Shown piece by piece: positions 1 to 11,116 of a stretch of 64,000 nt of DNA. The notes below the pieces were generated by a model. It ran no database searches, was not told where the DNA came from, and worked only from the letters and a program-made list of their open reading frames with translations. The stretch comes from Massalongia carnosa (taxonomy: Eukaryota). The position numbers and the translations under genes were made by a program. The stretch covers positions 2,852,001 to 2,916,000 of the forward strand of contig OZ287070.1 in assembly GCA_965645245.1 (NCBI GenBank), given 5' to 3'. Positions within the stretch are counted from its first letter, which is position 1; each line of letters begins with the position of its first letter.

Positions 1-141
1 TAGAACCCGCACATTTCGCAAAAACCTCCGAAAATATAATTCCGCGTTGACGTTCACCTCCGTAACTACAAACCTGATCGCTGACTTCCTCGCAATGGTC
101 GTGGACCAATGTGTTTTCAAATTCACGGAGAATTGTATTAC

Positions 142-1172
142 TGTAATGGGCTACGAGACCAGTAAGCTTATCACGAGCGACACTGATCTCGAAAGGGGAA
201 ATGCTCAGCGTGAGAGGAGGAAGATAGCTACTACGTGCTAGTCTCCGAGAGTATACGTGATCCAAAGAACTAATGGATGTGGAAGTGCTTAGACCAAGAG
301 ATCTCGTCCGAGACCCAAACGTAGGTTGTTCATAGAATAAAGACTAATTGCTAACGAATACTACAAGATTCGTTCTGATATTTATCCTACTCACCCCAAG
401 GCCTATAGCCTTGGGAGCCTTGGAACCTTAGGAGCCTTGCAAGCCTTGGGAGTCTTGCGAGCATTACAGCCTTGCAATCCACATCCGACTTTATCGCATT
501 ACATCCAACCATCCCTCAGGATCCATCCACGAACTCGGCGTTCGCTGGATCATCTAGTCAGCCTCGAGCAGCCTTCTAGATCTTCCCTTGCAAGGTAGAA
601 CAATTCTACCCCCGGCTAGATCCCTCACTACATGCCTCAGGCTATGTAGCTTCATTTCGCCGTCACCACCACCTAGTGATGGAAGGTTACCTCCGACTGA
701 ATACCTCGCTACACTGCGGACCTGCCTCTAGACACAAGGTCTAGACAACGAGGTCATGTAGGTTCATTCAGCCGACATCACTACCAACGTAGTAATAAAG
801 GTTGAAGCTGAAGTTTACACCAGGGAGCCTAGCTCAAGCTGCGTCCAGCGAGCCGTGCCTCCTGCTACCTCTCCTGATCCATCAAGAGATCCAGTAGCTC
901 CGAGTAGGCCAGTAGATCCCATATAGAGTTCCTTGGCGTCTCCACAGGAGTCCGCCTTACACTCCATGGCAATCTACCACCACGGCCTCGACAGGTGTTT
1001 GATCTGTAAGTAGTCAAGAACGTGATAACAATAACTCCGAAGTTTCGGGGCAAGATGGCAGTGTGTCAGCCTCGACGGCTTATGCGACTTCGTACTACGG
1101 CATGGTCCACGCTAGTTAATCCCGCAACCGCCATAGGCGATCACGTATCCCTCTAGCGCCATCCGTATTACA
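142..1172. mobile_element. Long solo LTR (1031 bp) inserted in the Helitron
   Basis: TGTAAT...ATTACA termini; TSD ATTAC at 137-141 and 1173-1177; the Helitron reading frame resumes after it. Confidence 0.85.
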
Positions 1173-1762
1173 ATTACCTGCAAGGTTCTTTGCATCCCGT
1201 TGACGATTCTCCTCGCTTTGCTCAACTGTTTTTTTACGATCCCGACGAAGCAACCGCGATTCGTACTCGACAACATACAGAATTAGATCCCGACATTGTA
1301 CGACGTTTAACAGAGATGTTGCACAATATGAATCCCTTTATCAGGCATTACAAAACCGCCAGCGAGGCTTTGCGGGAGAATGCGGCCACAACCGATGATC
1401 GTCGTGTTACGGATCCTACGGCCTTATGGAATCGATACGCAAATGATATCTGTGACGATTTACCGCATCGATTACGATCAATGACTGATGTTTCTAACGA
1501 TTTAATGAGTCCGCATTTAGATTACGGGCTTTATTTGTTAAACGGAGTTCTTTCAGATTTGGGAAAACGATTAGAGGATTATAATATGCCGCTGTTTACA
1601 AACGATTGGGGTCGGAGTACTGGAAATCCGTTGATCGCAAATGAAATTGTGACGAAGCGAGAAGTGAATAGATTTCTACCATTGCGCCACCTGTCCTCCC
1701 GACCAAAACGCACAATACTTAGTCCGCAGACCAAGCTCTATTCTACTATAACTGGGACTCCT

Positions 1763-4700
1763 TGTCAAACCTGAATGTGGTCGATTCTCATCGCCGATCC
1801 TCGACCCCCTGTCGCGGCAGATGCCGCTAAGCTACGCCATTTCTTCCACACCTTTACCCCTCAATTTGCCGGGGTTGATATCGTTGCTGCCATGACCCCT
1901 TTTCCTTTCTATATAAGTAGCTAGATGTGGGCATTTCCCACATACAGAATACAGCCTTTTTCATCCTTCCTGAATTCATGTGAAAGGTTGACAGTTATGA
2001 GCCCGGGTTAGCTGAATTTTTCGCTGCCTCCGTCTTAACTTTAGTTATTGGTAAGCTGATTTATCGCTGCCTTCATCGACCCCGAAATATCCTAGGCAGG
2101 CTGAGTATCGCCGCCGGAATTATCGTATCTCTCATGGAGCATCGCAGAGTTGATTTATTCCTCGTGCTTCTGTTTTCCTTTGCCTTTTTGGTCGTTTCCC
2201 TGTTTTTCCCATCTGTCTCCATCTTTGGTCGGTTATCCCAAATGGAAGACTACTCGTCGGGATCGTCTCGGAAACTCATCGTCTCGGCTCTGACGCCTAG
2301 GACCTACAATTCCTGGTTGTCGGAAATCAAGGGTATCGCAGTACGATCTCAGGTATGGGAGTACGTCGATCCGGAAGGATCAGAATCGGAACCTACCATT
2401 CCCAAATTTCCCAAATTCAGTGATTACGTCAAAGTCGTCCCGGTTAATACGCCTGGCACTGACTCTACCAATACCCCTACGCCTGCTATTGTCGCTTCTC
2501 AAGGTTCTTCTCAAGGGACAGTTCTCGGCGATTTAAATGGTCCGCCGGTCCTGATTCCCGAACCATGTTCTCGGTATGCCGATCTCTCGGAATCACAGAA
2601 GGAGTCGTACAATGCAGATGAACGGTCACATCGAGGGCTTCAGGCAGATGCCAGGGCCGCAGCCATGGGAATTGAGAAGGTTCATACGGTCATCCTAGAG
2701 TCGGCTAAAGATTATGTCGCCAGGAATGTCAGATCATCCTCGGTTCGAGAAATTCTTCAGTCCCTGGCCCATAAGTTCAAAAAGAGTCCGGACGAAGTTC
2801 AAAGGCAGATCGATCGCCAATACGACGAGTTGAGAAATTCTCACCCGGTGAAAGGGAAGATCGAATCTTGGATCTGCCAATGGGAAACGCTGAGGGAAGA
2901 AATCGTTGCTTTGAAAGTTGAACCCATCTATAGTGAGTATATCTACACTCAGCACTTTCTGAAAGCCGCTCGGATATGGGCACCATTCTTTTGCGACACC
3001 TGGATCAAGATACGAAATGTATCAGGTCGTCCCCTTAAATTCTTCGAGGCCGCCAATGAGTATCGGACCGAGATAGAAGAAAATGCAATCAGCACTGGTC
3101 GTCGTCAGCAGCTCTCGGCGAATTCCGCTTCTCTACAAGGACAGTCTTCCGATCGGGGAAATTCCACTTCTGACGATAGCAAGTACAGCAATAACGAATG
3201 CCTTTGCGGCGAAACTCACTCCTGGAAAAGATGCCCTTATTTGACAGTCGAGTCTAGAATCTCGGGATGGAAATTCAATAAGGAGATACGCGACCACATC
3301 CGACAGAAAATCGGGTCCAATTCCAAGCTTTATTGGTATGTCAAACGCGCCGCTACATCCGACATTCTCAACGGCATCTCCGAGCCTGATGAACCTTTGA
3401 AACCTCGATATCGAGGAAGAGGTGGAGGTCGAGGGGGTCGCGGAGATGGAGGTCGTGGCCGAGGCAATGGCAATGCTCCCGCCGAGCTCCCTGTTGTCGA
3501 GAATGCTCCAGTCTCTTTTGGAAATACTATCTCGGATCGCGACAATCTGCTTCATCTCAGCGTCTCCTACGACTCGGGATGCTCCAATCATCTGACCTGG
3601 GACAAATCCCGTTTTATTGACGAAATCATCCCGGCATACGAGTGGGTCTCGACTCCCGACGGAGATCTCCTTATTGAAGGTTTTGGGACAATGTTGGTGA
3701 ATGGGACACTAAAAGGGAAGAATCAGCCTCTGCATTTTCGACACACAGCATACGTTCCCGACTCATCGGTGACTTTGATTTCGGTCAGCAAGCTGAAAAA
3801 GGATGGATTTCTGTGGAACATGCATACGGACACGGTCGAGAAGAAGGGTATTTCAATCTTCGAATTGGAAGAGCATTTCGGTCTCTACACTGCCGAGTAT
3901 CGTCCCGTTGGCCACGCTGGTGCTTTCGCAAATTTCGTCGGTTCCCGAGTCTCGGCAGATGCCATCCCAAAAGGCACGCCATGGAAATTTCATCTCCGCC
4001 TAGGACATTGCCAACCGGAAGTCATTAACCAGTTGTCGAATCAGAAGATGATTGAGATTTCAAGAGGTAACAGTGGTCAAGATGCTCCAAAGACAGTGAA
4101 ATGTGAGACGTGCGCATTGTCAAAAATGCATACACTAGTATCAAGGGTCTCGGCTACTAAAGCCACTAAACCATTCCAGCGTCTTCATTTTGACCTCATT
4201 ATTTTGAAAAGGACTGCTTTCGATGGGACCACCTGCGTCGCTCATTTTCAGGATGATTTCACCTCGTTTCATTGGGTCTTCCCCCTGCAAGATCATAAGC
4301 AGGAGACACTACTTAGGATTGTCAAGCATGTCATAAATCGGTGCGATCGACTCGGAGCCGAATTCGGTCTTTTCGTTCAGACCTTTCGAATGGATCAGGA
4401 AACGTCGGTTGGAGACGTCATTCAGGACTTCGTCAAGGAACAGGGAATCGCGTTTGAATGGTCCGCAAAGCATACTAAGGAGCAGAATGGGTCGGCTGAG
4501 AGGGCAGGAAGCCTTTTGACTCAGAAGGCTAGATGCATTCGCATCGGCGCCGATTTGCCAGAAGATCTGTATCCCGAGTGCTATCTCGCTGCTGGACACT
4601 TGCTAAATAGGACGCCGACAAAAGGACTAGATTAGAAATCGCCTCACATCTCCCTGCACCGAGCCCTGAAGAAGCCATACAATTCCGAAATTGGTCATCT

Positions 4701-7591
4701 CAAGGTCTTTGGGTGCAAGGCATATCCCCTTTTGAAAGGTAAAGATGCCCCGCCAAAAAGTGAGAAACTAGCCCCTCGAGCATTTGTTGGCTATCTGGTT
4801 GGATACGATTCTACAAACATTTATCGAGTCTGGAATCCCGAGACCTGGTCGGTCAGCGGATATAGAGATGTTATCTTTGATGAGGATCAAACCTTCTCCA
4901 CATACGTCAAAAAGGATCTGATTCCCGAAGAGAAGGTGGCCGAGTTTGTAGAGCTGGAAGTTTTCGATGCTGCTCCCTACATTGTTGATTTGGCAGAAAA
5001 TGAGGAGCAATGGCTGGCGACATCTGTGCGCAATCGGTCATTTGCTGATCCTTCTTCGTCGGTTGAAAATTCGTCCGCACTGGATGTGCCCGCGTCGTTG
5101 ACTGCGAAAGACGTCCCTATCATGCCGAGACATTCACCGAGTCAGCAGCATCTTCCGACTCCCGAGAGCACTCCGCCTCCATCGACTTCAGCACCTGCAC
5201 CTACATCTTCTTCGTCAACATCTCGCGACAAACGGGTGGTAAAAGACAGTCTTCCGAGTAACATAGATCTACCGACTGATCTGCCAGAAACCGGCCGGAC
5301 GCCTCTCGGCATTGCCGAATCTTTTGGCACCGGTCCCAGTAGGAATATCGGATCTGCCAAATTGGATGTCAGCAATATCGTCGAAGGAAAACGAGTCAGA
5401 AAACCGAAGCAGAAATTCGCAAATCTCGCAGCACCTCTCGGCATCAGACCACTCGGCATCGCTTCGGAACCACTAGGGAATACAAACTCGGGATTGGATG
5501 ACGGGATGAAGGAAGTTTATTTGGCATTTGCAGTGACCACTAGGTCGACCAGATTGCATAGGGACAGCCTGCCGCTGTCGCCGAAGCAGTGGCGAGGTAT
5601 GCTTCGACATCCCCATGCAGAAGGATTTCGCAAAGCAGCCGAATTTGAATATCAGACTCTTCTCAGAATGGACACCTTCGTCGTCATTCCCAAAACTTCC
5701 AATCAGAAGCCGCTTCCACTAATGTGGGTCTTTACATACAAATTCGACCCGGATGGCTTTCTAGTAAAATACAAGGCACGCATGGTAGTCCGAGGGGATT
5801 TGGAAGAAGTCTCGGCGGAAGATGTATACGCCTCTACGCTGGCAATTAAGATCTTCAGGTGCCTCATGGCCCTGACGTCTGCTTTCGGACTCAGGACAAG
5901 GCAGTTTGACGCGATCAATGCCTTCCTAAATGCCAAAGCCGATAGGGTCATCCACGTGTACATGCCAGATGGTTTCGTCATCGAGGGGAAATGCTTGCTC
6001 CTGGTCCGGGCTTTGTACGGGCTTCGAAAATCGCCTCTACTATGGCTACGAGAATTTTCCAAAGCACTCACCTCATTGGACATGCAGCAGATCCCTGGCG
6101 AGCCCTGCCTTTTTACCGACTACTCTGGCATCATCCTCTTTTTCTATGTGGATGACATAGTCATCATCTTTCCGGAAAGTAGAGCTGCAGACGTAGATCT
6201 GCTGATTCAGAAGTTGAATGCTCGATTTGAATTACGCGACATGGGCCAATTGAGCTTCTTTCTCGGTGTACGGATTGTTCGAAATGCTGGCGACATTTAT
6301 CTTTGTCAAGACTCCTACATGGACAAGTTGGCAATTGAATACGAGATAGACACGTCTAAATCTCCGTCATCCCCGCTACCGTCAGACTTCATCGCATTCA
6401 CCTCTGCCTCGGCAGCTAGCCCAGACTCGGACTCGCCTCGGTCAGTCGACCAATCCCTGAGGCAGGAATATCGTAAAAAGGTAGGATCGATCTGCTATCC
6501 CGCGAATATCACTCGGCCGGACGTTGCCAAAGCTGCCTCCAAATTGGCAGAGCATCTCACCTGTCCCGGTCTGGAGCATCTAGACGCGGCAAATCACTGC
6601 CTGCAATATCTACACGCGACTAAGTATCTGGCGATAAAATACTCACCCTCGGGAGGTGGCGAGCTTACCGTGCAGTCTCCGGATGATGATCAGCTCTCGG
6701 CAAAGCATGTCTTCGAAAACACTGCCGATGCCAGCTTTGCAAATAGTCCCGAGCGACGCAGCTACGAGGGTTTCACATTCAAGCTGTATGGCGGCATGAT
6801 CGACTGGGCTGCCAGGAAGCAGGCGACCGTCTCAACTTCGACGACAGAGGCAGAATTGCTTGCCCTTCTCCATGCCGGCAAGGCATGCATCTGGTGGATT
6901 AATTTCTTTGGCAAGCTGGGATTCGACTACGACCATTCGGTCAAAATCTACAATGATAACATGCAGACCATCCGCATTCTGACGTCGGAACAGCCCAAAG
7001 TTACCACCAAACTTCTGCATGTAGACATCGCTCAGTTGTGGTTGAGACAGAGCGTTCAATTTGGTCATCTCAATGTGGGTTATCTACAGACCAACCGGAT
7101 GACGGCAGATGGTCTCACCAAGCCCTTGCCTCCGCAAAAGCATCGTTCCTTTCTGGAAATGCTAGGCCTTATTGATATCAAGTGTCTGATTTAGGAATGG
7201 GGCAGGCGGGAGTGAACCGGGCGGAATTCCTCTCGGCGGGCAGAAATTTCTTTTCACTGGCATCTCATTTTGATTTTGCAAGAATTGCACCTTTTTCTCG
7301 AATGGGAATTGCTTCATGTTTTCTTCTTTTGGTCAGGATGCTTCGCATCCTGGGGGGGTGTGTCAAACCTGAATGTGGTCGATTCTCATCGCCGATCCTC
7401 GACCCCCTGTCGCGGCAGATGCCACTAAGCTACGCCATTTCTTCCACACCTTTACCCCTCAATTTGCCGGGGTTGATATCGTTGCTGCCATGACCCCTTT
7501 TCCTTTCTATATAAGTAGCTAGATGTGGGCATTTCCCACATACAGAATACAGCCTTTTTCATCCTTCCTGAATTCATGTGAAAGGTTGACA
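1763..7591 (+). mobile_element. Ty1/Copia LTR retrotransposon (Copia-1), full length
   Basis: 231-bp LTRs at 1763-1993 and 7361-7591 (1 mismatch seen), TG...CA; TSD CTCCT; PBS GTTATGAGCCC at 1994; G-rich PPT at 7352-7360. Confidence 0.97.
2134..7194 (+). pseudogene. gag-pol: Copia-1 Gag-Pol polyprotein with one in-frame stop (4633-4635)
   Basis: ORFs 2134-4635 and 4732-7194 are in the same frame. Domain order is gag knuckle (CLCGETHSWKRC), PR (YDSGCSNH), IN (HLRLGH..CETC; DDE), RT (YVDD), RNase H. GLD*KSP is probably TGG>TAG. Confidence 0.95.
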
Positions 7592-7825
7592 CTCCTGTTA
7601 TGTTCGCTGTAGGTCCTGCCGTCCGCACTACGCATGGTCGAACCGTTACAGAAATGACTTATGATTTCAACGAAGAAACAACGTTACGAAATGAACGATA
7701 TACTCAATTGAATGCGGATCAGAATTACTGTTTTGATACCATTGTTGCGAGAGTTAGAGATTATCCTAGACCGGCGCATTTTTTTGTTCACGGACCGGCA
7801 GGAACAGGTAAGACTTTTTTATATA

Positions 7826-8076
7826 TGTCACGATTCTACACGGCACGACCTCGGCACTCGGCACCGCCTAGGGCAATCGTAGATGGAACACGCAGGCGCT
7901 TTCGATTTCGTTCCCGCAGCTGCTAGAAGGTTCCATGACGACTATACCACATGGGTACTAGCGCAGTAGAGGATATATAGGGGCAGGTTCTGGTTGTCGA
8001 TTGTCTTTTTCCTTCTTCATCTTTATTGTATTCGTTTCTAGTGTCCCTATGACTAGTCTCTAGGTAGATCATAACA
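7826..8076 (+). mobile_element. Solo LTR (251 bp), related to the Gypsy-4 LTR
   Basis: TGTCAC...ATAACA termini; TSD ATATA at 7821-7825 and 8077-8081; the last ~65 bp are nearly the reverse complement of 52675-52740. Confidence 0.9.
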
Positions 8077-8505
8077 ATATAAGACTCTTTGCAATCATTT
8101 TCGGGTGGAGAATAAATCGTTCTTTGCGTTGCGTCTACCAGCATTGCGGCTTTACTTCTTCCTAGCGGACAGACTTCACATTCCCGTTTTAAAATTCCTT
8201 TGATTTTAAATGAGGACAGCATGTGTAATATCATCTGCAATAGGTATTTACACGGTCTTTTGCAACGCACAGCATTAATCATTTGAGATGAGGTGACGAT
8301 GCAACACAAATAATGCTTGATGCCGTACATCGCACTTTTACGGACCTTTTAGGCAATGACGATCTTATCGAAGGTATTCCGATTGTTTTAGGCGGAGATT
8401 TCGCTCAAATCTTGCCCGTTGTTCCCCGTGGAAATCGGGAAGCTATCGTTTCGGCGAATATTCAAAAGACCTTTCTGTGGCCGCGATTTCAAAAACAGTT
8501 TTTGC

Positions 8506-8691
8506 TGTAGCAGGGGTGGTAATAAGTCACCTAAGCCACTGAGCCAAAAGGCTACTATGGTAGTTCTCCTATGGAGACACTACCGCTTATTACACTACAT
8601 ATAGGTGCCCCGCGCCCGGTACGTCACCGTACCTCCTTAGGCGCTCATGTATTGCGCCCGCTGGCTAGCAGTACTGAGTACCGCTGTAACA
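8506..8691. mobile_element. Solo LTR (186 bp)
   Basis: TGTAGCAG...CTGTAACA termini; TSD TTTGC at 8501-8505 and 8692-8696. Confidence 0.85.
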
Positions 8692-8934
8692 TTTGCGTTA
8701 AAACATTCGAATTCGTAACGAAGTCGCCAATGAGGCGTTTGCGGACTGGATCGGGAAAATGTCCTATGTGTCATGGAGTGACTGGGCACCTGCCAGTTAG
8801 TTCATTGAACCAACCTTAGCTGCTTGAACGAAGCACTAGCCGGCTAGCCGATCCGAAAGGAACTAAGCTTAATCCGGTTTAGTCAGGTCAAAGGTAAGTG
8901 TTCCGGCTGAAGGTATGTGTTCGGACTGTCAATA

Positions 8935-10869
8935 ATCGTGCCAAAACACTAAACCCCAACCGAGTCAGGGTCTAGTGCCCGACGCTCTACTGACGCATAC
9001 AGTCTACTGACGCACTTTTCCCATTTTCACTACCATTTTCACCACGTCTTTCATCTACCACCACCATGCCTAACTCATATTCTAATAAGGAGGATCAAAT
9101 TGTCGATGCTATAAACGCGTGGAACACGGGTGAATTTCGAAGTATACGCGCAGTAGCCATTGATTTCGATGTCGACATTCGTACGCTTCAAAGACGACTT
9201 GCTGGAGGGGGTTCGCGCATCGTTCGATCTGGCCCCAACAAGGCCTTATCTGATGAACAAGAATTGGCCCTTTGTGAATATATTGTGATGCTCGATCAAG
9301 CCGAACAATCAGCCAGGTTTTCAATGGTTTGGGGGGCTGCTAATTATCTACTTCGAGAAGCTCATTTAGACGCCTCCATTCCCCCCCCTTACGTCAGCGA
9401 GGCCTGGACCAAACGTTTCCTCAATCGTCATCCTCAATTTTTCAAGCGAAAACAAAAACCTCTGGCCGCTGAGCGAAAACACGCGCACAATGCAAAGGAC
9501 ATGCTCGAGTATTTTGAAGCATATCGAACTGCGCGAAAGACGCGGGGAATAGCGGACGAGGACGTTTGGAACATGGATGAAACGGGCTTTCGAATTGGCT
9601 GTGGCAGGGCTCATTGGGTTATATCAACTCACTCCAGAAAGCCCTTGCTATTGACAGATCCAGATAATAGAGAATATGTTACCTCGTGTGAGTGTATTAG
9701 TGCTGGGGGGCGAAACATTCCCCCCATGGTGATTATCGCGGGGGCTTTGATTCTCGAAAAGTGGACACAACAAAACGATCTGAATGACGATGTCTTGTTG
9801 ACTACTAGTCCTACCGGCTATTCCAATGATGATTTGGCTATTGATTGGTTGAAACATTTCGATAAACACAGTCGAAAGGGTCAGGTAGGGGCCTGGCGTA
9901 TGTTGATCATGGACGGGTATGGATCTCATATGACATATGAGTTTTTTACATATGCCAAACGAAATCACATTGAATTGTTTCGTTTGCTTCCTCATTCAAC
10001 ACATCTCACTCAGCCATTGGATGTAGGATGTTTTCAGCCGTTCAAACATTATCATTCCGAAGGCATTGACGAAATGGTGCGACTCGGAGGGGCAGATTTC
10101 GACAAACTGGATTTTTTGTCCATTTTTCAGCGCATGCGAAATCAAACATTCACCTCATCTACCATATTATCGTCATTCAGAAACACGGGTCTGGTGCCTT
10201 ATTACCCCAATGTGGTAATTCGAAAGCTGGAGGCAATTCAAACTCGGAGACCTGCTACCCCGCCCACACCTTTGTCAGCCCCTCTGCTCGCCAGAACGCC
10301 CCGTACGACTAAAGAGGTGGTTGAATATGGCTTACACCTTCGAATGAGTTTGAAGAAATACAACGTGCTGGACAATGAATGGGATTGTCATGTGAATCGA
10401 TTTGTGAAGGGCTCTATTTCCAATGCGCATGCACGTCAGATTATTGAGCGGGACCTTCGAGCCAGTCAACAACAGTCCATCGCGAAGGCGGCCCGTAGAA
10501 AATTGGATGGAAAGGTCGCCCAGAAAGGAGGGGTCATAACTGTAGGAGATGTACGGGCCAAAACCTCGAAACATTGTCAGAACGAGGTGGAAAAGACCAG
10601 ACTGGCCTATGAACGTGCTACACTAGCTGCTGAAAAGAAGCAGATTGTCCTGGACAAAAGGTATAAAAGAATCGCCAGATCGATGCCCAGACAAGCGAAG
10701 CTATTTTACCAGCGTCATAATCAATCAGTTTCTGCATAACCGTTGTTGTCCTTGATTTGTAGCAGAAATGGTAGTGAAAATGGGAAAAGTGCGTCAGTAG
10801 ACTGTATGCGTCAGTAGACCGTCGGGCACTAGACCCTGACTCGGTTGGGGTTTAGTGTTTTGGCACGAT
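8935..10869 (+). mobile_element. Fot1/pogo-like DNA transposon (pogo-1)
   Basis: 104-bp TIRs (8935-9038 and 10766-10869, 1 mismatch); TA TSD; the empty site TCAA-TA-GTGTC is visible in the 3' LTR. Confidence 0.96.
9066..10739 (+). CDS. pogo/Fot1 transposase (HTH/CENP-B-like plus DDE_1, DD35D), intact
   Basis: 557-aa ORF with NMDETGF, IMDGYGSH and QPLDVG; 35 residues between the 2nd and 3rd D. Confidence 0.95.
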   Translation: MPNSYSNKEDQIVDAINAWNTGEFRSIRAVAIDFDVDIRTLQRRLAGGGSRIVRSGPNKALSDEQELALCEYIVMLDQAEQSARFSMVWGAANYLLREAHLDASIPPPYVSEAWTKRFLNRHPQFFKRKQKPLAAERKHAHNAKDMLEYFEAYRTARKTRGIADEDVWNMDETGFRIGCGRAHWVISTHSRKPLLLTDPDNREYVTSCECISAGGRNIPPMVIIAGALILEKWTQQNDLNDDVLLTTSPTGYSNDDLAIDWLKHFDKHSRKGQVGAWRMLIMDGYGSHMTYEFFTYAKRNHIELFRLLPHSTHLTQPLDVGCFQPFKHYHSEGIDEMVRLGGADFDKLDFLSIFQRMRNQTFTSSTILSSFRNTGLVPYYPNVVIRKLEAIQTRRPATPPTPLSAPLLARTPRTTKEVVEYGLHLRMSLKKYNVLDNEWDCHVNRFVKGSISNAHARQIIERDLRASQQQSIAKAARRKLDGKVAQKGGVITVGDVRAKTSKHCQNEVEKTRLAYERATLAAEKKQIVLDKRYKRIARSMPRQAKLFYQRHNQSVSA

Positions 10870-11116
10870 TAGTGTCATAGCGATAGTTTCATGCCAGGGA
10901 CTTGGGAAATTGGATCAACGGCTGGATTGGGACTGGTTCCGTTCGCCAGAGTCTTATACTCGCCCACGTTGGATTTTCTGTTTCTTTTCTCCTTGTCGAA
11001 CGTCTTGTCCACCTAGCTAGACAATCAAGTAATACGTTTGCACCATCTGAATTTCTACCTGACCTCGCACCGTGACACTACGTTCGACCAGCCTATTCAC
11101 CTGGTGCATCATCATC

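Larger units (their letters stand above)
1648..7650. mobile_element. Solo LTR (about 169 bp: 1648-1762 plus 7597-7650), itself interrupted by Copia-1
   Basis: TGTGAC...GTTACA termini; TSD GAAAT at 1643-1647 and 7651-7655. Confidence 0.85.

Noticed and set aside
407..475. GCCTTGGGA-like short repeats as a separate element
   Set aside because: They are degenerate 9-10-bp tandem repeats internal to the 142-1172 solo LTR.
4633..4635. Programmed stop readthrough in Copia-1
   Set aside because: The stop lies inside the integrase region, not at a gag/pol boundary; probably a TGG>TAG mutation.
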